A stretch of DNA of 64,000 nt from assembly GCA_973895155.1 (NCBI GenBank), contig OZ316891.1:5675708-5739707 (forward strand), given 5' to 3'. Below are positions 1 through 10,046 of the stretch, piece after piece (the stretch's first letter is position 1; every line of letters begins with the position of its first letter). The stretch is from Marsupella aquatica (taxonomy: Eukaryota > Plantae > Marchantiophyta). The position numbers and the translations under genes are program-made. The notes beneath the pieces were generated by a model. It did not search any database. It saw nothing but the letters and a program-made list of their open reading frames with translations, and was not told the DNA's origin.

Positions 1-617
1 TCCAGCCTGCCTCCGCTTCCGTCCACCCCAACTCCATCGCCGAACGTGCAATGCACAACGATGACGCTGTACTGCTTTCCCAAGCCCCAGTCAGGAAGAT
101 GTTTACCAATCCATCCCCGCGCGGTCGAGTTGTCTCCACTCGAAACCCAGCTGCACTCGAAGCCGGGATTCCCCTCCTTGTGGAGCAGCTTGGGGCCCAA
201 TCCCACCACCGCAAACGCGTTCGGTCCAGTCCGGTAAGCCCCAAATTGTATGTACAAGAAGGCAGAGCTGCCCATGGGCATGTATCGTCGAGGTTGTTCA
301 AACGATTCTAGATCGTTCAGCTCCTCGTGTTTCCGGTCGTCTTGCACCGATGGCAATTGCCATTCCTCGACTACTTTCACCACAGCTTCTCGTTGTTGTT
401 GTTGTTGTTCTTCTGTTTGCGTTTGTTTCCTCTCACTTGACCCGGAAGCGATTTCCTCATTTTGTGAAGAGCTGACTCTGGGACAATCGCTGTAGGGCAT
501 CACAATTCCATCGGGGGTGTAGTGTAGTACTACGAGGAGCACGGCACAGATAATCGTAGCCAGCCAGAAGAACCTTACAACCCCTTTGTGATCCCGCCAC
601 TTCATCGGACGGAACAT
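1..617 (-). CDS. GALS: Galactan beta-1,4-galactosyltransferase-like (GT92/DUF23), 5' part; continues off the left edge
   Basis: Open minus-strand frame from ATG at 617: MFRPMKWRDHKGVVRFFWLATIICAVLLVVLHY (type II TM), a Q/E-rich stem, then PMGSSAFLYIQFGAYRTGPNAFAVVGLGPK...HLPDWGLGKQYSVIVVHCTF, matching the GALS motifs AYRGG..FAIVGL and ILPDWGYGRVYTVVVVNCTF. It is missing from the ORF track, probably because there is no stop in the window. Confidence 0.88.
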   Translation of the reverse strand, partial: MFRPMKWRDHKGVVRFFWLATIICAVLLVVLHYTPDGIVMPYSDCPRVSSSQNEEIASGSSERKQTQTEEQQQQQREAVVKVVEEWQLPSVQDDRKHEELNDLESFEQPRRYMPMGSSAFLYIQFGAYRTGPNAFAVVGLGPKLLHKEGNPGFECSWVSSGDNSTARGWIGKHLPDWGLGKQYSVIVVHCTFGDGVGVDGSGGRL

Positions 618-929
618 GTCGTATACAGTCATATCTATCTTCTCTATATTTGCTGCATCCTATTCTAATTCCGGACAATATTGAACATAAGTCGGTCACT
701 CGCCGAGTCGAACAAATCCGACTTGCTTGCTGTGGGCATTAGATATCCCGCCTCAACTGCCGGGATATGACTCCTTCTGTCTGCTTGCATCAATTTCTAA
801 TAAATAGAATGCAACACATGAAGCTCCTGACCCATCTGATCCACTACACTAGCCTGTGTAGCTTTGTAGCCAGCATCCTCGGGTGCTGATCGTTGAATCT
901 GCTCCCTGGATCATAGCTCGGAGTGGAAG

Positions 930-1190
930 GACAGAATTATGGTACGAGCTAAACTGAAATCCATCGATGTGCCATTCAACCGACACACGTCCAACCACTC
1001 TGCTCCTCGGACCATAGACCGTAGTAGGAGAAAAACACAATTTTGATATGAGCTAAGCTGAAATGCATCCATCTGCTAATACAACCGAACAAGCTCCATT
1101 CAACCTGCTCCTCCAACAGTAGAGCGGAGTAGAAATAGAAGGAATTGTCATCTGAGCTGAACTGCAATCCATCAATCTGCCAATTCAAAG
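930..1190. repeat. Three degenerate copies of a 104-bp unit in the putative GALS 5' leader intron
   Basis: The motif GAGCT-a-CTG-AAT-CCATC starts at 946, 1050 and 1154. A minus-strand GTGAG donor-like site lies near 1220. Confidence 0.6.
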
Positions 1191-1240
1191 GTAAAAACTC
1201 CAATCCTTTTGTGCCCCTCACCAAGTTGCCTCCTCGCCCT

Positions 1241-1265
1241 CTCCCTCTCTCTCTCTCTCTCTCTC
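1241..1265. repeat. (CT)n/(GA)n microsatellite in the GALS 5' region
   Basis: Directly visible ctctctct run. Confidence 0.85.
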
Positions 1266-2199
1266 AACACCTTTGATGGCCACAGGCCACTACCTTGAGG
1301 CCCTGGCTTTTCGACAGCCACCCTTTCACAGCGTAACAGGCATGCGAGTCGCATGACACACGAATTGATTAATGATAAAATCAACGTCGAGTCCGGATCT
1401 CGGGAGGCGTGGACTGGTGAGGCTGGCTCGGTCAGACTTACGCAGCTCGTGTGGTTCGAAGCACCTTTCTTCTATTTCTGGGATCTTTGACAACTTTCTC
1501 AATTAGTGCGGACATCCTGCAGGTGCTTCCTTTCATACCTGCTTCAACCCGCTGTGGCGCTGTGCTCGATCGCTTGAGTGGCGTGGTGGTCTCCACTCTC
1601 CAGGTCTCGTGCGCGTGCTCCAATGCAGACCATGTTGTTTTATTATGATAATGTCTTCTTCTATAGATGGGTCAGCAAAGGACTTGATGGGGTCGTTCTA
1701 CCTTGCCACCTTGGGATCATGTCTCCCGGTTTGGCGGCGTTCCTGTCCTTTGCCAGTGCTATATACTAGCCCCTCACTTTTGAAATAGACTTCGTGGGGC
1801 CCCTTGTCACTGCAGCCCTTCCTCCCTTCCTCATGACGTGTGTGATTATTTTTCTCCATTTTTAATTCTCACGCTATACCTACTTACGTCAGTCCACCAG
1901 ATATACTTTATTAGAAGAAAGTTTCTCTGTAGTTGTGCTGAGATATACGCTTGATGGGCATCACGGCCAACCTCATAGGCCAGTAGGTAACTTTTCTTAT
2001 CTAATAGGTCCGTTGTAAGCAAATTTTTTTCAAATGTTCTTATCACATGCACTTTGTAACGAGTTTTTTCTTCATGGAGTGACCAACCATGTTTTCCAGA
2101 AAGACTATGGTCAACCATGACTCTAGCACTGTTGGACCGTGTAGCCAACCTGACATGTAGCCAACCTGACATGTGGACGGAGAAACCATGAAGTTTATT

Positions 2200-2525
2200 T
2201 GAGAGAAATGGCAAAAAATGGCCTCCGCTGCCGAAATTGTGATTTGAAGACAATATGCATTATGTCTTCGGATTCAAAATTTGACCGATCGTGGGGTAGT
2301 CATTAGGTTTGCTTATACGTGTTCTTTCGTGACTGTTGAACCGTGCGAGAGGCCACCCTTGCATGGTCGAAAAAACATGTGGGAGAAACAGGTGAAACCA
2401 CGGAGATGATGTGGGAGAATTGCAAAAAGCGGCTACCGCTGCCCAAATGGCAACTTGAATACAATATGGATTATATCTTCAGGTTCAAATTTTTACCGTA
2501 TTGCGGGGTAGTCGTTAGGTGTGCT
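2200..2525. repeat. Degenerate ~210-bp tandem duplication
   Basis: gagagaaatggcaaaaaatggcctccgctgcc...ggggtagtcattagg (from 2201) versus gggagaattgcaaaaagcggctaccgctgcc...ggggtagtcgttagg (from 2412). Confidence 0.65.
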
Positions 2526-3104
2526 TTTCATGCGGTGCACATGGGTTTTTCACGATGTTTTCATGCGCGACTGTCAACCTCAGTGCAAAGTACCTCCAAA
2601 TGTCCAGAGCGAATATTCAAGTTCAATGTTTGAAATTCCCCCACTACCGCCACGACAAATGATCGACACATGCGCTCAAAAAATGGCAATACTCCCCTGC
2701 GCAATGCATACAAACAATTCCAAAAGAAGACAGACCTGAAGGTGTTGGGGTTCACTTTAAACCCTAAACCTTGAAACACGTGAAAATATAATCCATTGTG
2801 TCTTCAGGCATTAACTCGTTAAATCCTATGGTAATGGCATTGTTGCCCATTGCGATGAACCGTGGTAGACTACGGCAACCTTCGTGGTGGATTAGGCGCT
2901 ATAGACTCCAACGACAAGCATGGTGGACTGAACCTGGGAGCACAATGCACTACGAGGCAATGGGTGTGGTTAACTGTACATAGTAGGCATCACACAAGAA
3001 CAGGTGTACGGGTCATTAAGAGGGGTCCCACTTGGTAAAAAAAGTTTCATGGGGCCCATCAGGTAAACAAGTTTCACTAGTGGACCCATCAAGCATATAT
3101 CTCT

Positions 3105-4095
3105 ATTTTTGCTTGGAAATACTTCTATAAAGTGCATATGAAGTACTGGCCCCCTATCACTCCCATATTCGTTTTATTCTTGTTTTTAATTGCAAGGTAA
3201 GTAGTATTTAAATTATGTTAGACTTACTTTCTTTAGTTATTCCCTATCAATTTTTTAAAGTACTCATGCTTGAAAGTACTTCTCCAAGTTTTGTCTTGCC
3301 TGAACTTTTGTAATGTGGAGGGGAAGGTGGGTGCTGTTGTTTTTTAATTTGTTTTTGTAAATAAATTACAGGACCTAACCAATACTTTGATGTTATTTGG
3401 CCAACGGAGTTTTTGGAAATAAATCACATCAGAAGTGAGCATTTCTTTGGTGTTATTTTTGTGAATTTTTTCTGTTTAGGGGTGAGCACTTAGGTAGATT
3501 ATTTCAGGCAATTTACACTATGCCACCTAAAAGACAAATTTTATTATTTAGGTTAGTACACAAGGCATTAATTCAATTCAAAAGGCATCAATTGAATTCA
3601 AAGAAATGAGCATAGTTTCCAAGGAAAGAAATGAGCATAGAGCATGCACATAGTAACATATGTAAAAACAGTGAAATGACTATAAAAATTAGAGCTCAAT
3701 GTTGGTGTAACAACCACAAAATTAACTTTCAAAATCTCACTTCAATTCACATCTCTACTTTTAATCAAAGTGACACTAAAAAAATGTGTCATGTTCACCA
3801 ATCCAATCTGTAAAAGCTACAAAGACATTGACAAGTTCAGCATGCCTCTTCACTCCTGAAGCCTACTTATTATAGTTTTTAGATCTGCAAAAACATCACA
3901 GTCAACCAAGACTTTAGACCAAGTACTTTTGAACATGAATACGTTTACAGAGTGTCGGGGAATAAGTAAAGAGAATAAGTTCTATATACTTTGTGTGCAG
4001 AAGTACTTCACAATAAGAATTAAATGAATAGAGGAGTGACAAGGTCTAAGTACTATAAATATGTACTATAAGTTAGTATCTTCAAACAAAAGTAC
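3105..4095. mobile_element. Degenerate foldback/MITE-like element with ~200-bp inverted arms
   Basis: 3222-3244 acttactttctttagttattccc pairs with 3958-3980, and 3256-3281 taaagtactcatgcttgaaagtactt pairs with 3921-3947. Confidence 0.6.
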
Positions 4096-4194
4096 ATCGA
4101 AAAATACTTCCAATGAATACACCTGATTGCCTGACGTACATAACTGTACGTACGCTGTTGGCAAAAACCTTTTGGAAAAAAAAGCAGCACTGAA

Positions 4195-4360
4195 AGCCCA
4201 CTAAAGCATGTGACCACTGAAAAAAAAACTCATTCATACAACATATTGACACGATTGTCCATTGAAAAACAATTCATTCATACAACATATTGACACGATT
4301 GCCCACTAAAGCATGTGACCATAGAAAAGAACTCATTTACAACAGATTGACATGATTCCC
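4195..4360. repeat. Short tandem duplications
   Basis: cactaaagcatgtgacca occurs twice. cattcatacaacatattgacacgattg occurs twice, with a degenerate third copy. Confidence 0.7.
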
Positions 4361-7269
4361 ACTGTCTGACTACATGAACTCAGAAGTGCTGATATCATCC
4401 TATCTGAACTGTTGGCTGGTGGACAAGAATGAGGAGCAGACCTTCAAAAGATTTGTCAAGTTCACATAGAGGGCCAAAAGGAGGGATTTGCTTAATAGAC
4501 CCTTTCTTGGAAGACAATGTCCACCATGTCTTCTAGCACTGTTTGGGTAAACCCCAACACTGAAATACTTGTCATTTACTTGCAAATGATGTACTTCCTT
4601 TCTGTGAATTAGTGCCCAATTGTGAATGATGCGGTGTTTAGGGTCGGCCTACTTTTTGAGACTACCTCCAAAGTGGAGGTTTCCCTACCTTCAAATATTT
4701 GCATATAGTGATACATACTGGTCTTACAGCAAAATTTCACTGGCTGGTTTTGTAATGTAAGACCTGGTTATCACTTACTCTTTAATTGTTTCCCTTTCAT
4801 TAATTTGATTGTGTTACTACTTTATAGCCCCGGTTCTTGGTGAGTGTATTCATATCAACCATGACTGAATCATGCTTGGAACTACCAATTTAGCCATTGA
4901 AACTCTCCATATGAAGGGGTATTTAGGGTTTAGGGTTGCAGGGTGCCGAGTGACCCTTTAACATGGGTCACATACACAACTCAAGGGAGGTTTAAAATTA
5001 CCTTGCCATTCCCTAACCCAATACCCTAAACCCTAAATGATATGCAACTCCAAACTTAGTTTGTGCTATGCATGTGACCCAATGATAGCATGGGTTACTG
5101 TTAATAGTATAGCATTTCTTAGACTAAAATGCAACTGTGGAAAGGGTTTAGGGTTTAGGATAAACCTCCACCTTCATTTTCACATTAACCAACAATTAAT
5201 GTCCATATCGCGGAAGGTTACAACCTCCTAAACATAATGCCCATGGTGCACTGATGTTGGAAAGTTTTTGAGCATGAGATGACCCTAATGATGTCCCCAG
5301 AAGTATTTACTTTGTAATATGACTGTGTTGTTGTGCAGGAGAAGGACATTTCTTTGAGGAATAGTGTCATGGAACTGAACATTACAGTTGGGTAGCTTGG
5401 GGCAGATGTTCATGCTAAATAAGTGAATCTTATGAATATATTGATATGAGACCATTGCATATCTTGTCTTGTTGTAGTAGAGAGAGAAGAAATAGAGAGT
5501 CATTTGTCATGCAAATGGTTGTGAGGGCTAGAACAAAATCTGCTAGATCATTTGGTGTGCTTGTAAGAAATATGTAGGCTGGCAGGAGGTGAAAAATATG
5601 AATCCTATAGGGAAATTTATGTGTAAAAATCTAACTAATAGGCAGCTGCACACTTTCAAATGAATGATCAATTATTGTTTGAAATTAAGATGTGGGCATG
5701 GCTCCCTTCCAGCATGCAATGCTTAATATCTATAAAGAAGATGTGATTGTAGGGAAACACATTCATTCAATCTATGGAGGTGCTTGTCTAAAATCCAGAG
5801 TGACATTGACTAACAAAAATGTTGTAGAGAGAATGTATGTTTGGAACAAATTAATGTAGAACTGAAAGACCTTTGCATGCTACTTTTGTCTCTACAGTGA
5901 CCAAAATGGTTGTCTGGTATTTTTATACCTGTTTCTAGTTGGATAATACCATTGAATGGACAAGAGGGCATGGAAAAATCATGAATCACATGCCTTTGGA
6001 AATGCATTGTTGATCTTGTAGTGTGACTAAATGTGAGATTGAAAAGGTTTTTGTACTAAAACCTAGGACTGGCAGTTGGGGAAGATATCACAAGGATTCT
6101 GAACTTGCAAAGGACCAGGAACTGACCCTAGAAGTATAGAGACAAAGCTCTTGCCCCAAATGAGCTCTTTGAAAAGGTTGAAAGTGAAGACAAAATGTGA
6201 TAGAAGAGTACATTTTGATGACATTTTCACAAAGTCTGTCCTTCGTGACAAAAGAGTAACATTTGGTGATCCCCTTGGTGAGTATGTACCTTTGAAGGAT
6301 AGACTGAGGATTCCCAAAGAATGATTATCAACTTGTTGGAGGAGAAGAATGTTGCAAGTGTGAAAAAGGGGAAAGAGAAGATGTTTTGTTGTCATGTGAT
6401 GATGAGAACATATTTCCAAGGGGAATGGCCCAGTGAGAGGGAAAAAGGAAGAACTACTATAATTAAAAAAAATCTCTTTTCAGGGTGAAAACTGAGACAA
6501 GATCTCTTAGGACAAGCTGCAGTAGAGATGGGCCCGCAAGGGAGCCATTGCCAAGGGATTGGTAAGTTTTTCCAATTCTCTTTCAATTGTGTGCTTGGAG
6601 TGGATGGTGCATTGGATGGGGGCTGGGTGTAGGGATAGTGGGTAGGTTAGGGGGGAGAAGGGAAGCGGGGGGGGGGGGGGGGGGGCGGTGTTCTCTGCTT
6701 GGAAGGCTGCACTTGCAGTTTGGGGTTCAATTCCCCATCAGAGATTTGTTCACGAGAATAGAATGTCATTGTGACATGCCATTGGTTTGTTGTGACACTG
6801 GAAAATTGCAGCGTTCAAAGCTGCACTGGAAATGTGTTGAAGACCTCATTATGTTGTTGGATGATTGATGTATTGAGACACTCAGCCAATATGGTAAGTG
6901 GCATGAAGGGTTTATGTTTGTTGTGGAGGGGCTGTCATGAAGTGATTGAGTTGCCAGATCCAAAATCTGCATCCGAGTTCTATATCCCCTTTCCTTGGGC
7001 CTACTTCCCGAGAATTGTTCTTTTACTGCACGACCGGTCAGTGCTTACATGAACGGAAAGGGCAGAGCCGAAAGCTTTGAATCGGTAGGGTTACACGTCA
7101 ATCGCTTTGCATTCAGGATGAAAAGGTATGGGGATTCGTTGAGAAATTCATATCAGTGAATGGGGCAATGACAGAGTCGTCATCAAGAAACAAGAGAGAA
7201 AATGAACGAGTTCGAAAATAGTCCAAAGAGGACCATAGGGGTCCCTAACCTGAAACAGCAAAAGGCGTT

Positions 7270-8317
7270 CTTTACAAGTTGAATGATTGAATTAGGACAA
7301 CAAGTCCGACAGTTGGTCAATAAACTAAGCTACACCACTTTGCACAGGCAGATGATTGTTGGGTGGCAGAAAGGAGCTTGTAAAATGCAGAGAGCCTCTA
7401 TAGGCCCGCAGTCAATTGGCAACGCGCAGCCCGGGAAAACTGCTACTTGTGGCAGTTAATCTATTGCATCCCTGCTACCCAACACTGGCGCTTCCCCCGT
7501 CTACCACCTACCGATCCGATCATTTGGTGTACTAGATGTGAGCAAAGCATACATGAAGATCTCATCCATTGCATTTGGGAATGCAACATAGGTGGTCTGG
7601 ACATGGGTCCAACCCATCCTTCAACAATGTGCTTTCTCTCAAGGACCCCGGATACAACTGCTACCCGTGCATATTTTTGTTGGGGGACCAGTGCCTGAAC
7701 AATGGGACATTCTTGAGCGTCTGTGGCACATTGTTCAAGCCATCATCTACTAGACCATCTGGGAAGATAGATGCCTACATTTTATTGAGCACACCCAGCC
7801 CAATCCACAGGGAATTATACAGAAGACTGGCATTGTCTAGGAGTTTACCTCCGAAGAGATTTGGGCAGGCTTAAAACAAGGGTTCGAAATGGGAAGATCA
7901 CATACAATGAAGCTCAACACAAAATGTCAATGGACTTTGGGACTTGGGATGGACTCTGGCAAATTCATGAAGATCTGCTCCAAGTTCAGCCAGCCCCCCC
8001 CCCCTCCACCATGAGATTCTCTCTTCCCCAGGTTCGAGGGTGTGCTACTTCTAGACTGATAGGTTCGTTCTTATCACGGACCCACTGTATGGGACCCTGC
8101 CGGTCCCAGACCACTAGCCAGTCTTTGGGAGTGTGCTACTCCTGTCATAGTCTCCAAATTGCTTGTTTGGTTTGTCTCTCTGGAGACCCAGTTTCTTACC
8201 TGGTTCCGGCCTCACAGGTCACCTCTGGTTCCCATGGGTTGTTGCCTCTTTTGAAGCCCCCCTTTTTGTATGCTGACTAAATGAATGTAATTCTTTGGTT
8301 TTTAGAGGCAAAAAAAA
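7270..8317 (+). mobile_element. 5'-truncated, frameshifted LINE fragment (zf-RVT C-terminus plus 3' UTR)
   Basis: WQLIYCIPATQHWRFP...WCTRCEQSIHEDLIHCIWEC is the CxxC..E...H..W.C knuckle of L1 ORF2. It ends in ttggtttttagaggcaaaaaaaa, and a similar terminus occurs at ~10590-10616. Confidence 0.65.
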
Positions 8318-9379
8318 TTGGCAAGGGGGAATGTGTTACCCCCGTTAGTTAAGGGAGAAGAGAATAATGAGCGCAGTGACATCGCTGACCCTGAACTCAG
8401 GCATTCTAGACAGGTTTCATGGTATATGGTGGGTGACAGTATTGCTTGGCACCGTCTAAATTACGGAACAGAACTCCGTGAAGATCTTTGATTAACCCTT
8501 TGGCATTCCTCTAGCACTTCTATTGTACTAAGAATGTTAATCTTTTGATGGAGCCAGTGATTGAGTGGGAAACAACGCGCCGACGTACTGTAAAAGGTGT
8601 CTAAACTTAATTCTGATAACTCTTTCAGCGACTGTCCATCTCCAGTCTGGGGTGTAGCGAAACCCTCATTGCAATAACGATTCTTGGATGGTGAAGGAGC
8701 ATGGTATGTCAACCAGACTCACTTGGACCACAAGTAGTCCACTCAGCAATCAACAGTCTAGGATTTGATAGTCAATTCGACAAGATCCGCACTCACTCAC
8801 TCTTTGTGCGAGTTGTCTGTTTGAATTTGGCATCTGTGGTCAGTAAACTGTAAGTTCAATTCCATTCAATTCGATTCCATTGCTCCACTCCTAGCTCAAG
8901 TTCAATCTATACCATTAATTCTATTACTCCATTCCTAGCTCACTGTGCTGCTCATAGACAAATTAAGCCCATGACTACTTTACGGGCTGGTTATTTCGCC
9001 GTCCGTGATTTCCATTTGTCTATTGTTGTCTAAGCAACGCACTTCAGCCAGATCACTTACGATCAAACATTTTCAAAGACGGGTGAGATCGCACCCAAGA
9101 CAACCAAGATCGCATACTACCAAAATCAATAGAATTGCAAGACGTGACAGACAAACTTCCGCAAGACTACTACAATCACAACTTGTAGCAGAAGAAAATC
9201 AACACACACCCAAAACACGAGAAACTACAGTTCAAGGGACACACTTTGGTCCCCAGTTAAACAAGAACAAAATCTACAACCCCAAGCTGTCTTACTCCGC
9301 ATGATCAGAGAGTCATGTGTCCTACAGTCAGAACTACCCAAAAGAGTCATGGGAGATGCTTCCGTGGAAGGAGTGCATG

Positions 9380-9790
9380 ATGCGTTTGGATTCGTGGTTT
9401 GATCGAGAGATTGAACTTGAGGGAAGTGATGCCCCTGAGTATGAGTCTGTAGCGCGTTTGGATTCGTTACTCGATTGAGGCATAGAATGATGAAATTCAT
9501 CAGTGATGAATTTGGATTCGTTATTCGATTGAGGGATTGAATGATGGGATGTCAATCAGTAATAAATTTGGATTCGTCACTCGATTGAGGGATTGAATGA
9601 TGGAATGTCAATCAGTGACAAATCTGGAATTGTACCCTAATTAGTGATACGTTTGGATGCGTTATAACATTGAGGCAGGATTTGTTGTAGTATTCAGGCT
9701 GGATTCGGTGAAGTGAAGAGTTCGGAATGCTTTAGGATTTGTTGTAGTATTCAGGCTGGATTCGGTGAAGTGATGAGTTCGGAATGCTTT
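9380..9790. repeat. Tandem repeats immediately downstream of the U2 gene
   Basis: Several degenerate tttggattcgt...tcgattgaggg units (9384-9660), and a near-perfect ~58-bp duplication aggatttgttgtagtattcaggctggattcggtgaagtga (9677, 9734). Confidence 0.75.
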
Positions 9791-9799
9791 TTGAGATGA

Positions 9800-9813
9800 T
9801 TGGTCTCCCAGTG
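9800..9813 (-). terminator. Putative snRNA 3' box
   Basis: CA-N5-AGACCAA about 10 nt downstream of U2, one mismatch from the plant consensus CA(N)3-10AGTNNAA. Confidence 0.4.
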
Positions 9814-9823
9814 AAGGGAGGGG

Positions 9824-10015
9824 GGCTGCGCCAGCCATGGAGGTAGTGCAATACCAAGGCGACACTGCGAGACCGAGCTAGCAAGCTAGCCCATTGGTCT
9901 CGCACCCGAGAGATATTAGGTTAATATCGTGAGGGTCAATGACCCTCGTATCAGATATTAAACTGATAAGAACAGATACTACACTTGATCTTAGCCATAA
10001 GGCCGAGAAAGGTAT
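9824..10015 (-). ncRNA. U2: U2 spliceosomal snRNA (variant Sm site)
   Basis: Minus strand reads ATACCTTTCTCGGCCTTATGGCTAAGATCAAGTGTAGTATCTGTTCTTATCAGTTTAATATCTGATA. This is the plant U2 5' end with branch-pairing GUAGUA, followed by stems IIa and IIb, stem III (GCGAGACC...GGTCTCGC) and stem-loop IV with an AUUGCAC loop. Length is ~192 nt and the 3' end is approximate. Confidence 0.96.
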
Positions 10016-10038
10016 GCCTCTACAGAGAAAGAGTCAGG

Positions 10039-10046
10039 TTTATATA
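10039..10046 (-). promoter_or_regulatory. TATA box of the U2 gene
   Basis: TATATAAA on the minus strand at -31 to -24 from the U2 start, the position expected for plant snRNA genes. Confidence 0.75.

Noticed and set aside
5280-7050. Short ORFs and a poly-G tract (6668-6686)
   Set aside because: No family match. The G run is a simple homopolymer prone to assembly error.
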